Positions 1 to 13,490 of a stretch of DNA of 64,000 nt are shown one piece after another. Each line of letters starts with the position of its first letter. Within the stretch, counting starts at the first letter, position 1. This DNA comes from Chrysomallon squamiferum (lineage: Eukaryota; Animalia; Mollusca). Below the pieces are notes generated by a model. The model did not search any database, was not told the DNA's origin, and worked only from the letters and a program-made list of their open reading frames with translations. The DNA lies in NCBI GenBank assembly GCA_012295275.1, contig CM022676.1, positions 1,798,001 to 1,862,000 of the forward strand. Reading direction: 5' to 3'. The translations under genes and the position numbers were made by a program.

Positions 1-1668
1 CTGACGTAGCACTGGTTAATGAAGTAACACTTGTTGGGGACGCTGAACTTGTGGCTGAGGTCGGTGATGTTAGTAATGCTGCCCTGAAATCAGTAAGACA
101 ACATTTGAAAGAGTGAGAGAGGTATTTTATAAACATCTGACAAATGGATAGCAATTATTTTTAACTGAAGATCTGACACACGGTTGAAATCGTAATTTAC
201 CATATATCAAAGGCAACTGTTCCTATATTATTCAGTCAAATATACTCGGAATATAAAAACTGATTTATTAAACACTACTCCTATTGGTCAGTTTTACGTT
301 TTTACCTATCATTATGACTTTTCTTCTCTTTTTTTTTTTTCACTTCTTCAAGTCCTATCTAAATAAAAACTTCATGAATGGCATATTTGAAGTCATATCT
401 TTCCGTTTATTGCACGGATGTTAACTTGTACAAAAAAGAGTTTAGTCTCAATCGTTATGTTTCTCTGAACTTGTTTTATACACTACTTTTTACACTCATG
501 GCGGTAGCTCTACGGACATTTTTTTCTACTGTCACGTGACATCAGTGTCTCAAATGTTGTGATCTAAAAACAGCCTCAGTTGTGATTGTATATTCCAGAC
601 ATAGGCAACCTCTTTTGAGAAGCGGGCCACACAAGAAACGCTCATCTTCATGCCCGTACTAATTTAATCGATTTTGTGTTTTTACGTAGAGTTTATTTTA
701 AGAAATTTTTCAATCTCATTTACTTCAGGAACTGTTATAATAAAAAAACTACATTTATATTAGTAGATACAAAATAGACTCATTTTATAAAATTTGAATT
801 AACGTTATTTTCCTTGTGAAATTAGGCGGGCCACTCAGAAAGCCGCGCGGGCCGCAGTTTGCCCATGACTGGGATATCTTTTTATTTCATTTTTCTTCGG
901 TTTTGGCAATGCCTGGGAAATAAAAATTGTAACTGATGGTAAAAGAAGTGTGTTTAATTAGTGTTATCGGGTGAAATTAAGCTTTTGGTGCTTGAAATTT
1001 GGACCAGAACATGTTACATATATGCATAAAAACTATTTTGGCAGTACAAGTAGAAGCGAAGTTATTTATTTATTTATTTATTAATTTTAATTTTAATTTT
1101 AATTTTAATTTTAATTTATTTATTTTTCTAACACAAATGAATAATTTTTTCCAACTTTGGTTTCAAATATCAATGTTAATATACTTATCAGAGTTATGAA
1201 TATTTAGAAGACACAGTGTGACATGTTATGAAATAAACTTTGTCTGAGGCAATCTCGCTTCAGAACGCGCCCTTAGAGATTTCTTCAAAATGGTAAATGT
1301 GCTAACAGCACCAAACACAATCATCACTTTGGAACTATCTGACTGACAATTGAATTTTTTGTCACTGAAATAAGGATTAAAATATCTACAATTATAGTTA
1401 GGAGTCAACCTTGTATTCTTCAAAATGAAAATCATTTTTGAGTACCTAATAATATTATATTTATTCTTATAATTTCCTTTGGTTATTGCTTCTAAAAACA
1501 TCTGATAATTCTAACATACCTTTAGCTGAATCTGCTATTGTTAAATACTTTGCAAAATATCTGATTCCTCAAACGAACATTTCTTGGTATTTAAATTCGT
1601 ACAATTTATAACTACGCTAGAATTTATAAAACTGAAATGTGATGAAACTGTTCACAAAATTTGCTTTA

Positions 1669-1707
<39 letters not shown>

Positions 1708-2526
1708 CTGTAACAACGAGAAATAGATAAATGTACGTTATTTGATTTTAAAGGTTCAGACAAACCTACAGTCGGCTAGTAAAGGAAAATTGCACACTCC
1801 TTTGAATGCATCGTATTTCAGTATCCCGGGACAGAACCGTACAATTCTGATTCGGTTGACACAGATTATAAATCGGTGACAAGAGGCACAGTCCGGATAC
1901 TGTCCTGGTAGTTCTCCCTCACAGCCAACAATACAGTCATTGTAAACTAGAAAACAACGGAAAAAAAAAAAAAAAAAAAAATAATAATAATAATAATAAT
2001 AATAATAAAGAAAGAAAGAAAGAACAAATATATAAATTAAAAAGATAAAACGGAAAAGAAAAAAACATATTATCATTACTATGGTTACAACCCGTAAACT
2101 GCTGCCATTGCTGACTCTTTCTCCATCCTGTAAGTAAAACAATACTTTCTACAACTACCACCACCAGTACTAACAAAAACACATACACACAACCTCACAT
2201 CGCGACAATTCTTTTTTATGAAGAGAATACTTGTGCATCTTTTTTAAATACGTAAATTATTATTGTTCTTGATATTGTTGTTGCTGTTATTGTTTTTTTT
2301 TTTTTTTGGTCAGGTGTGAAATTTTAGATAAATCTTTTTAATCGGAAATAAAGGAAATTAAAGACCACAAACACACACAGTTCATTTATACGAATACTAT
2401 CTTACATTTCTGGAAGTTAGTCTGGTGAGTAAGTATTCTACAAAAACACATGAATTATAAATGTACTTTGAAAAGACGAGACTGAAGACAAACAAATCAG
2501 GAGCAATCCAATCACTGTCTTTGCAT
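1..2526 (-). CDS. Secreted mucin-like chitin-binding (ChtBD2/peritrophin-A-like) protein, paralog A; runs off the left edge; 1-nt frameshift just after the ATG
   Basis: Minus-strand exons: 2532-2467 (signal peptide ..KTVIGLLLICLSSVSSFQ, ATG at 2526), 2127-~2090 (WRKSQQWQQFT), 1946-1766 (YNDCIVGCEGELPGQYPDCASCHRFIICVNRIRIVRFCPGILKYDAFKGVCNFPLLADCR) and 83-1 (AALLTSPTSATSSASPTSVTSLTSATS). GT-AG sites and phases 1,1,2 match paralog B. A probable 5'UTR exon ends at the strong donor AAG|GTAAGT at ~2800. Confidence 0.8.
596..871. mobile_element. hAT-type MITE (~276 bp) in an intron of chitin-binding gene A
   Basis: Imperfect 15-bp TIRs CAGACATAGGCAACC / GTTTGCCCATGACTG (12/15 match); subterminal GCGGGCC motifs typical of hAT/Charlie-like MITEs; degenerate 8-bp flanks GTATATTC / GGATATCT. 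Confidence 0.7.
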
Positions 2527-3470
2527 GTTTTCCTGAACTGTTCTTTAACCAGTACATCTAAAAGGAGCAACATACTTATATTATTTATATAATAAATATA
2601 AAGTACAATTATAACAACAACAATGGCAATTGGTGATTATGATAGAAATAGTGATAATGATAAGTATAATTCAGCATGGAATACACAATGAAAGCTTGTG
2701 TACCTAAATTAAAAATTTAAAAGCAGAAAAGAAAAATTTATACTGAATGAATTTTAAGAAAATCTCACCATGTTAATTATTAAATATATGTTTACTTACC
2801 TTGAAAGCAATTTTTCAAAGAGTACAGAGAAACCGAAAAGCCACAAACTATAACGATGTATTGCGCTGTTGGAAAAAGCTCGCGGGCTTTTAATGAAATA
2901 GCCTCCTGACGTCTGTCATAATATCTGTTTATCTTTACAGTAAGTAGTTATCTATAATTATGTAAAAAAAAGAAAAGAAAAAGAAAAGAAATATATATGT
3001 GTGTGTGCGTGCGTGCGTGTGTGTGTTTGTGATGATACTGATGAACATTCATTGTGTACAATGAGTTCTTAATAAAAACAAAACTCGTTTATATTTACCG
3101 CAAACTATTTTTTCTCTCCCCCATTTGTGTATTTAATTATTTCGAATGTAACAATAACAATATCTTGAACTTCATTCGAAGTCACTGAAACTTCGTGATT
3201 TACAGTTTACTGTTATAATGTTATATACGCATACACACATGAACACACACACACAAACACTCACACACTCGGACACGCACACACATACTTCCGCTGCAAT
3301 TGACATGATCATCTTGTTTCATATATTTATGTGAAAATTTTATGAGACGGTGATCAAGAGAACGTCCTAGAGCAGGAATATTTTGTGAAGCATGAGATCA
3401 TCGTCAGCCATGATTATCATCATTATCACTACTCCTGCTATTACTTACTATACGACTACTAATTTTATCA

Positions 3471-3504
<34 letters not shown>

Positions 3505-4108
3505 TTTTTTTTTTTACCCTACATTATTAAACTTTTTTTTATGGCTTCTTGACAGTCTGGAGAAATAAATAAATAAAAAGAAGAAAAAACAATTTAAAAC
3601 GTCTGCCGTCAGGATATTTCATTCAAAAGTTATTCATCTTGACACCTCTATTCTTTCACATGCTGGTCGTTCTCACATTGTTTGACTACTATGTGAATTA
3701 TTTGTTGAAGTGGTTTACTAGTCATCATAATTACTTCGGGCATCACCAGAAGGTTAATGAAACAGTTAACATGTAAGATAGAGATATAATTTCATTAGAA
3801 AGACAATTTTCCGTTATCTTTCATAATCCTTCATCTTGTAAATCTGTCGTGGCTGAAGGCATTCAGCACCTCCTGCGGTACAAACAACAAAGGCTTTATC
3901 GATACCACCCAAAGGCACAGATTCAAATGAAGCTCAGTTAATACAAACTCGTGACTTCGTTTTAACACTTATTTCTAAACTGACGACAGCTAAATTGAAT
4001 GGTTGTAAACTTTTCAGTAAAATCAATGGAAATAACCAACGTATAATACTTCTCTTTGACTACGGTATTATTTAAATATTTCGTTACTGAAAATAGAAAA
4101 GGCACGAT

Positions 4109-5935
4109 ATGGTATGTATGAAAAAAAAAATTAAAAAAAGAAGAAAAGAAAAATGATTTCAATATTAATAATTAGTAAATAAAAAACCTTATTTTTGCTT
4201 TCCAAAGGATAATCGAGAACGATTCGCATTGTTCTTATTTCTACATCTTTTGCTGTTAACGGTTGTTTTAACACAAGGAATAACCAGTAAGTATACAAAA
4301 ATTATTTAATAATTAACGTCTTTTAATTATTGTTGTATTAAAATTCATTTGAACGTGCATATTATTAATATAAGTATTTGTCGTCTAACAGGAGTGCGGA
4401 AAACAGAAACGGATGGATTATATTTTACTAGTCTGAGTAAAAATGTTATTTACAATTACTGGGCATGCTGTTTATTACATTGAATTAATAACAATACTCA
4501 ATAAAAAAAATGCACAAAATAAAATATTAAAAATATTATTATTATTTTTTTATTGACACGAACAAAATTATTTTTAAGATCTTTTTAAAAAGATGTTCTT
4601 GTCTCTTTCTCTGTGTGTGTGAGATTCGTTTTAAGAAAAATGTACGTTATTATGCATACATTTATCCATGGTCCACAAGAACGAAGTGAGACAAAACAAA
4701 ATGTATGTGGTGTTGATTTACAGAGGTCATAAATTATTTATTTATTTAACAATTTATTTATTTTCTTTGAAGAAGAATTTACAAACAAAAACAATTTTAG
4801 CAAGAAACAGCTTATAATACATTGATGCTATTACTTTTTCAGTTTTCCCGAAATGCATTAGTTCTTGTGTAGGCCAGGTGGTTCCCGCTCATTATGCTGA
4901 CTGTAGGTCATGTCAGCAGTTCATCGTCTGTTCCAGCAATGACATCACGACAGTAATGTCTTGTCCTGCTACACTTCAATATGACGCAGTGCTCGGTGTC
5001 TGCACGTTCGCCAGTGAGGCAGACTGCAGGTAAACTTGGTGCCTGTGTGTCTTGCGTTTGTCATATTTAAAAAGTTGTTTTTGGATTACCTTAAGTTAAC
5101 AAATATGAAATTACCAGCTCCTTCTGCTTTTTATTTTATTCACACACACACACACACACGCGCGCGCGCTTATATGTTATATATTTCAACAGCAAGAAAC
5201 TCTTTTCTTTTTATTCGGTTTTATAAATGACTTCATATTGTTCTCGTTTTAGAGCTACATCTCCAACATCTCCAACATCAGCAACAACCACATTGTCACC
5301 AACAACTCAAACCTCCTTAACATCCATTACAAGTGCAACAAGCTTGACATCAGCAGCAAGTCAAACGTCTGTAACGAGTGTTACATCTTTAACTAGTCCA
5401 GTAATGTGTGTTACAGACTGCTCTTTATTATTAGATGGTGATTACCAGTCTTGTAATGGCTGCAATGTTTATGTGTCCTGTGTGTCAGGATCTGCCATTG
5501 ACAATCGCCCATGTGCAAGAGGTCAAGCGTGGGATGACAGTGTCAAGAGATGTAACACTAAATCCAATACTTGCTTCATCTCAGCAACGTCAGGATCTAG
5601 CGCTACATCATTAACATCACCCACATCTCTGACAAGTAAAACAAGTGTAACTTCTCAAACCAGCCCAACTTCACCAACAGGCCCGGCATCCTTAACGAGT
5701 GCAACTAGTTTGACATCAGCAGCAAGTCTAACGTCTGTAACGAGTGTTACATCTTTAACTAGTCCAGTAATGTGTGTTACAGACTGTTCCTTATTACCAG
5801 ATGGTGACTACCAGTCTTGTAATGGCTGCAGTATTTATGTGTCCTGTGTGTTTGGATACACTTTTGATTATCGTCCTTGCTCTGGTGGCCAAATGTGGGA
5901 CGACAGTATGAAGCAGTGCAGAGGAAAATCAAGCA
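4109..5935 (+). CDS. Secreted mucin-like multi-ChtBD2 chitin-binding protein, paralog B; 3' end lost in the gap
   Basis: Exons: ATG 4109-4111|GTATGT; 4208-4286 (DNRERFALFLFLHLLLLTVVLTQGIT, signal peptide); 4392-~4436 (VRKTETDGLYFT); 4843-5029 (FPKCISSCVGQVVPAHYADCRSCQQFIVCSSNDITTVMSCPATLQYDAVLGVCTFASEADCR); 5253-5935+ (Ser/Thr-rich linkers alternating with two more Cys-rich domains, internal repeat period 366 nt). All phases are compatible. Confidence 0.9.
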
Positions 5936-6135
5936 NNNNNNNNNNNNNNNNNNNNNNNNNNNNNNNNNNNNNNNNNNNNNNNNNNNNNNNNNNNNNNNNN
6001 NNNNNNNNNNNNNNNNNNNNNNNNNNNNNNNNNNNNNNNNNNNNNNNNNNNNNNNNNNNNNNNNNNNNNNNNNNNNNNNNNNNNNNNNNNNNNNNNNNNN
6101 NNNNNNNNNNNNNNNNNNNNNNNNNNNNNNNNNNN
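5936..6135. other. Assembly gap (200 N)
   Basis: Run of exactly 200 N with unrelated coding exons cut on each side. Confidence 0.99.
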
Positions 6136-6948
6136 AGATAATAGAATCTGATGAACTGAACGCCACTGAGGAGACAGTTTTTCAGTCATGCATGAAATGG
6201 AGTAGAGCTGAGTGCAGACGACAGGAAAAAGAAATAACTTCAGCAAACCAACGTGAAATGCTGAGAAAATAGCTGTACCTCATTCGCTTTCCTCTTCTCG
6301 ACTCAGAGTATTTTAAAAAAAGGATTTTGTCTAGAAATATTTTAAATGGGCCTGAGAAATATCAAATGTTATTCTGCTATGTCTACCCAGAGAAAGATAT
6401 GTCACTTTTCAGCAAAAGCCGCAGACTTGGTACAAAAAAGAAACTAATCAAAATTGATCGATTTCAAAATATGCGTGTCGATGATTATCTTTACTCTTAC
6501 TATGATACGATAACCTTTTGTTTAAACATGAATGCTTCTTTGAAAGGTTTTAGTATTCTCACTACTCCAAGAGAAAGTAAACAGCAAACGAGTGTAGGTA
6601 TTTATCAGCGTGCTCTAGCACAAAGAAATAGAACAGTTTCAATCAAAGCCAGTGTTTGTGAAGTTTCAACCGACGTAGAGGTGCTAGAATCTTCAGTAGA
6701 TAAAAAAATCGATGAGTCTGATTGTGAAATTGACTTTCCAAGTCCTTTGGACATAAAAAAAAAAAGTAAAGTATAACCTGACTGTTCACACTGGAGAAAG
6801 AGTTTCATATAAGACAATTAACAGACAAGGCGAGATAAGTGAAGGTTTTCTGAAGTGTACCTTGTCCGATAGCAAACAATGTTTTCATACTCGTGGCAAG
6901 TACTGCAGTAAAACAAACTTTATATCGGGATTAATATTCCTCGTGTGA
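6136..6948 (+). pseudogene. BTB-BACK-PHR-like gene copy 1 (3' part of the large coding exon), disabled
   Basis: [22 protein letters not shown]... is near-identical to copy 2. In-frame TAG at 6270-6272 where copy 2 has GAG; +1 frameshift in the A-run at ~6756-6766; the homologous frame resumes (KYNLTVHTG...LKCTLSD...LIFLV) to TGA at 6946-6948. Confidence 0.85.
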
Positions 6949-8462
6949 ATTTCATTTACATTATATTTGTAAAACACGTTATTGCTGTATCAATTATACA
7001 TTATAAATACAGATTTAAAGCATTTGCAGTGATCATTCTAACAGTTGCTTTAGGTAATATGGTATTATTAATTTCATTGTCTGATAACTTATAACTGTTG
7101 GTGCCTTACTTTGGAAACATTTATCATAGTAACGTGTCATTTGTGTGTTTTAATCATGGTTTTACAAAATTGTTTGGTTTAACTCCGATTCCGGGATAGA
7201 GTGAACAAACAATGGAAATCACTGTGCGATAACAGCACAGCTGATTTCATCAGACATATTTGTGAATATTTATTTTAAATTATTTATTTATTGATTTATT
7301 GATTTTAAATAATTTGTTTATTATTTTCAATTTTTTCTTATTCTGGAGAAATATTTTATCTTATTGTCAAAGGATACTGAGAAAAGATTTTGTATACTCT
7401 TTTAATTTCTTTTTACGTTTTAAGAATTTGATTATTATTATTTTCGTGACTCTGGATTATAAGATTTTTCACTGATAAGGTAATTAATTGTATTTGCTGT
7501 TCGAAAACGAACGAATGAATAGCTGTATATATAAACATGTCTGTAATTTAAATATTATACTATCCTAGGCTATGCTATGCTACACTACACTACACTGCAC
7601 TGCATTATACTATATTATACGATAATATACTATGCTATAGTACTCTACAGTATAGTATTCTATACTATACTTTACCATGCTATACTATAAAATATAATTA
7701 TAAAATTGCCTTTACATTTTGAAAAAATTACAAATAACTATTTTTAATTTTATTTTCATTGCGAATATCCATTTTGTTTTTAATAATTATAATTAATTTT
7801 AAATGAATAAATGGTTCATTCTAAAGATTATATTTAAATTGTAGACTACAGACAATAACATAATTCTATTTATTGCTTTTTAAATTTAGGATTCAGTAAA
7901 TATTTGTATACATATATACACGTAGAGATAATGTAATCATCGTGTATTTTGAAAGTGCACGTTTCTCTCAGTTTTACTTTTTAGATATGTATAAAAATAT
8001 TTGTGGATAATGATCTAAGTTTATTTCTATTATTATTTTATTTCATTATACTATTATTATTCCTCTTTTAATGTTTTGTTTTCTTTCTTTCTCAACGTGA
8101 ATTATAATATATTGTAATAATGATGTATTTACATTCGTAAGTTTTATTTGTAAATTGTAATAATAGTTATCTTATTAAAATATTTGCAGATAATAACGTA
8201 TTTTTATTTGTTTTCAAAATGTAAAAATGAGTAATTTGCTTTTCATTTTATTATATAAGGTTAGGGATATTTAAAGAACCATTTAAAATTCATAAATAGA
8301 CAAACAGACAAACAGACAGACAGACATAGAGATTACATACAGAATAGACCTTATAACTACAAATTGAAATAATCATAAACACCAAATAGTCTGAATGATA
8401 TTTGAAGGAAGCAGCATGAAGAACTATAGATAATAGAGACAGGCAGATAATGAGAGAGAGAC

Positions 8463-9523
<1,061 letters not shown>

Positions 9524-9552
9524 TTATGTAATTTTATTTCATTTTATTTATT

Positions 9553-9593
<41 letters not shown>

Positions 9594-11725
9594 GCCAAAT
9601 GAAAATGAAAGAACAACTGAAGAAGAGTAAATAAAACTGAATAAACCACTACAGTTACTACAACAACAACTACTAAAACTACTGCTACTACTAGTACTAA
9701 TCATAAGTAATATTGAAATAATAACGGTCGGGGGATGGGTGTCAGAACAAAATAATAGAAAAAACAAAACAAACAAAACAAAAACAACAACAACAGAAAA
9801 GCAACAATTAATATCACCTAAATAAACTGTCAGTACTTATTATTATTATGAAAGCTCACTATAAATATTATGCTCAGTATAGATTTTTAATTTCATTACC
9901 GAAAACGTAACACAATTTTGTGAAACGCGTTTTAATACTTTTACGATCGATGTATAAGAGTTATCTTCTTTGAAACAAGTAGCTCATTAAAAGCAGGTCA
10001 GAATCCGAGTGAATACTTTCAAAAACAAAAATTCTCAACTACATTAATAATTAGGTGAAATGTACGTATACTGAAACTCACAACTTGTGACCTTCATTGT
10101 TCAGTTCAGACGGAATCAACGAAGATCAAACTAATGGTATTTGATAGACGTTAGAGAGCCCAAGACACTCGTTAACCAAACAAAGTTTAACTTAGGAACT
10201 CCAAGTTGTATCGACAATATAGGTCACCCGTGACTTATACTGAACCCTATCAGTTCTTATATGGATATAAGGACAAAGTGGTTCAATATAGGGAATTCCG
10301 AGTATCATTTGTACATTCCATTTACAATACATTATGTTTCTAAATGAGACTGCTGCAAGATAGAATTATAAAAATAAAAAGAAAGGAAGGAATGAAAATA
10401 GGATCTTCATTGTGTCAGTTATGTTGTCCAGATCAACATTTAAACTGATCGACATCTTTGATCGCAGCATATCTGACTGTGTCAACTCGGAATTCAACTC
10501 AGTGTCCATCCTCATCTCTGGCGCTGTTTTGAAGTTGTGTATCTGGCTATTTACGGCTCTGTAGAAGGATCGACCATGCTGATTTGTTGTACTAGTATCA
10601 AAGAGGTGAGAGGGACATTAACAGTTCTACTGTCGGGTGTTTGTGGCGCACGGTTCTCTTCTCTCTGTGATCACGACTCTCAGTCTATATTTTTAGGTTT
10701 GGGAATTTTTATTTACGGATTCAGGCGGAGCACAGTGCTGTTCAGGTTCGGTAGTGTTGATGCTGTCACTACGATGTTGACGAGGAGTTCTGTTGTATCT
10801 GAACGTTCCACTTCAAATCTGACTACAGCTGCACAATCAGCATCTAACCACACGTTTGGTTCAAAGGGACAGCGTGATTGTTCAATACAGGGGACTAGAC
10901 AACAAAAATACCCGAAAGTAGTTTTTTCTGACGCGGCGTCAATTTCAACTTTTCTCGATGCTCATATGCAAAGAATATGTCCTAACCTACAAATATGTAA
11001 TACCCTACATACCCAGCTATGTACCCACCATCACGATATGACTATAAAAATTGCAAGAATTTATATTTACGTTCCTGAAATAAGATTTTTCGTCACCTTT
11101 ATTCCGCCATCTTTACTATCACAAAATGCACGTTTCTGATCGAAGTATCACACAAATACATTTCGAAACCTAATTGTCTTTTTTTTAAAATTGGAATGAA
11201 ATCTTTGTTATGTGTTAAAGGTATGCAATGTGTATTGGATGTACATGTAATGAATACAGGGGTGAATTAGGCTTTTGATAATGAAGATTTGCGAAACAAT
11301 AACTAAATGTTCCTAATTTGAAATTATAAATTTTACACCAAATCCACTGCATCAGCAAACAAAACTGTGAAGATGACATCCAGTTCAGCTAAAATATCAT
11401 TCAGAGCTTCAGAACGTACACAGATGTAGATATCAGTTTTATTTACGTATTTTATTTCTATTTTTAGCAACTGGGAAACACCCTATAACCCGCCACTTGA
11501 GTAAAGAATGTTTGGGATCGAGATTGTCACGTAGTACAGTGACCTAGTTAACAATTATTATCAAACTTAACTACAAGAAAGTTCTATATATAAGCCCACA
11601 TCTAAATAAACTGTCGGTTAAAACATGGCGGATGTGAGAATTATTCTGGACATAAATATTTAATTTCAGTATCAGGAAAAATAATGTCGAAGGTTTTTTA
11701 ATACTTTAATGATCAATGTTTATAT

Positions 11726-12039
11726 AAGAGTTGTCTTCCCTGAAACACCTAGATCACAAAAAGCAGGTCAAAGTTCGAATGGATAACTTTTAATAGTAAA
11801 AATACTTAATTAGCTTAATAATTATCTCAATCACAAAGTAATTTTCATTTAGTTTTCATAAAATAAAATTAGGAATAAATTAAGATGATAACTACTACTT
11901 ATCTTTATTTCTAAAAGAGTTAATTTGAAATTGAAAGTAGTATTTATTGTTTTGTTTTCCTTGAAAAAGTCCGATTTTTACTAGGAAGTAATTTACATAC
12001 AGGACACACTGCTGAAGGTGACGTTTCTAGAAGGTAAGT
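11726..12039 (+). promoter_or_regulatory. Putative promoter plus non-coding first exon of BTB copy 2 (module repeated at 17647-17955, 18127-18510, 23044-23344 and partly at 9956)
   Basis: Ends in the strong donor GAAG|GTAAGT (12033/12034); an acceptor CAG lies just before ATG 12842. Contains AGGTCAAAGTTC (DR1-like), GAAATTGAAAGT (11927-11938) and TTCCTTGAA (11957-11965). Confidence 0.6.
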
Positions 12040-12665
12040 TTTTCTTTTCGTTAGAAACAAACATTTTTCTTATTACTGATTTTTCTGTAGATATATTTTG
12101 AAACCTGATTATCCATTTGAAACAAATACAGTGAAATAGTGGTTATTTGTTGAAGGTTTGCTGTGTGTTTTGGATGTATACATAAAGAATAGAAATATCT
12201 GTAAACGATTTTACCACGTAGTACTGTGACCTGGTTAACAATGTTGTCAAACTTTACCTTCGAGAATATTCGCCGCTGAGACGTCTGAAAACAAGAAATA
12301 ATAATAATAATAATAATAATAATAATCATAATAATCATAATCATAATTATAGAAGATGATAAAGAAGAAAATGAATATTCAAATAATAAATAAATTAAAA
12401 AAATTAAAAACACAACTGAACAGTGAGAAATTGATAATAAATAATGCTATTTATTGATTTTAATTACAGGGAGGAATGAGTCGGGTAAAAGAAAGAGCAG
12501 GGGAAAGATTAAGATAAAAAATGAGCACATTCCAGCAAACATAAATACATATGTATACACACACGCACACACACACGCACACACACATATTATGGCAATA
12601 AATGAAATAAAATGAAATAAAGTTTACAGTGGTACCAAGTTCGTTGTATTGTTACGACAAAGCTG

Positions 12666-12748
<83 letters not shown>

Positions 12749-12841
12749 ACTCTCAGAAAGATACACAATTTATTTGTTTACTTACGTTAAAATAAATACT
12801 ATTTTCTGTTGTTATCATTTTATTAATTCAGTGATAACAAA

Positions 12842-13417
12842 ATGGCTGCAGCAGAAGCTGATACTGTGGATGATGTAATAAACGCTGAAGAAACCGAAGT
12901 CGTGGATGACGTATCCACCACTCGAGAAACAGAAGTAAGAAATACTTCCGGTTTTGTTGATAATTGGCAACATGAACGAACTCTCGTTGAAAGTCTCCGA
13001 TATTCTCTCAAGGAAAACATTCTCTGTGACGTCACATTCATTGTCGGAGAGGACAGGACACGTATCCAAGCTCACAAGTTGATACTCAGTCTGCGCAGCT
13101 GTGTGTTTCACGCCATGTTGACAGGAGATCTGAAAGAACAGGGTGATATTGTAATCCCAGACACTGAAGCAGAAATTTTTCACTTGTTTTTAGAGTAATA
13201 AATTATACATTTTTTAATTAATTAATCAGTATGTATGTATGTATGTATGTATGTATGTGTGTGTCTATGTATATAATATGCATGTTTGTATGAATGTATG
13301 TATCTATGTATGTACATAATATGCATGTATGTATTATATGTATTTTAGCATCTGAATTTATCTGTCTTTGTACGTCTGAATGAATGTTTGCGTGAATATA
13401 TGTATGTTTGTGATGTT

Positions 13418-13490
<73 letters not shown>

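Noticed and set aside
530-541. TGTCACGTGACA E-box/CLEAR palindrome in an intron
   Set aside because: Single short motif with no supporting exon or TSS evidence.
5877-6272. Apparent chitin-binding/BTB fusion ORFs
   Set aside because: They only span the 200-N gap; true distance and adjacency are unknown.
6270-6272. Stop-codon readthrough or recoding in BTB copy 1
   Set aside because: Simple GAG-to-TAG change accompanied by a downstream frameshift; pseudogenisation is more parsimonious.
13025-13036. Perfect CRE palindrome inside BTB exon 1
   Set aside because: Explained by the codons for the conserved CDVT motif.
12815-13183. Antisense ORFs over BTB exons (also 6605, 14552, 14581, 18827, 18852, 24428)
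   Set aside because: Shadow frames of real coding sequence with no independent features.
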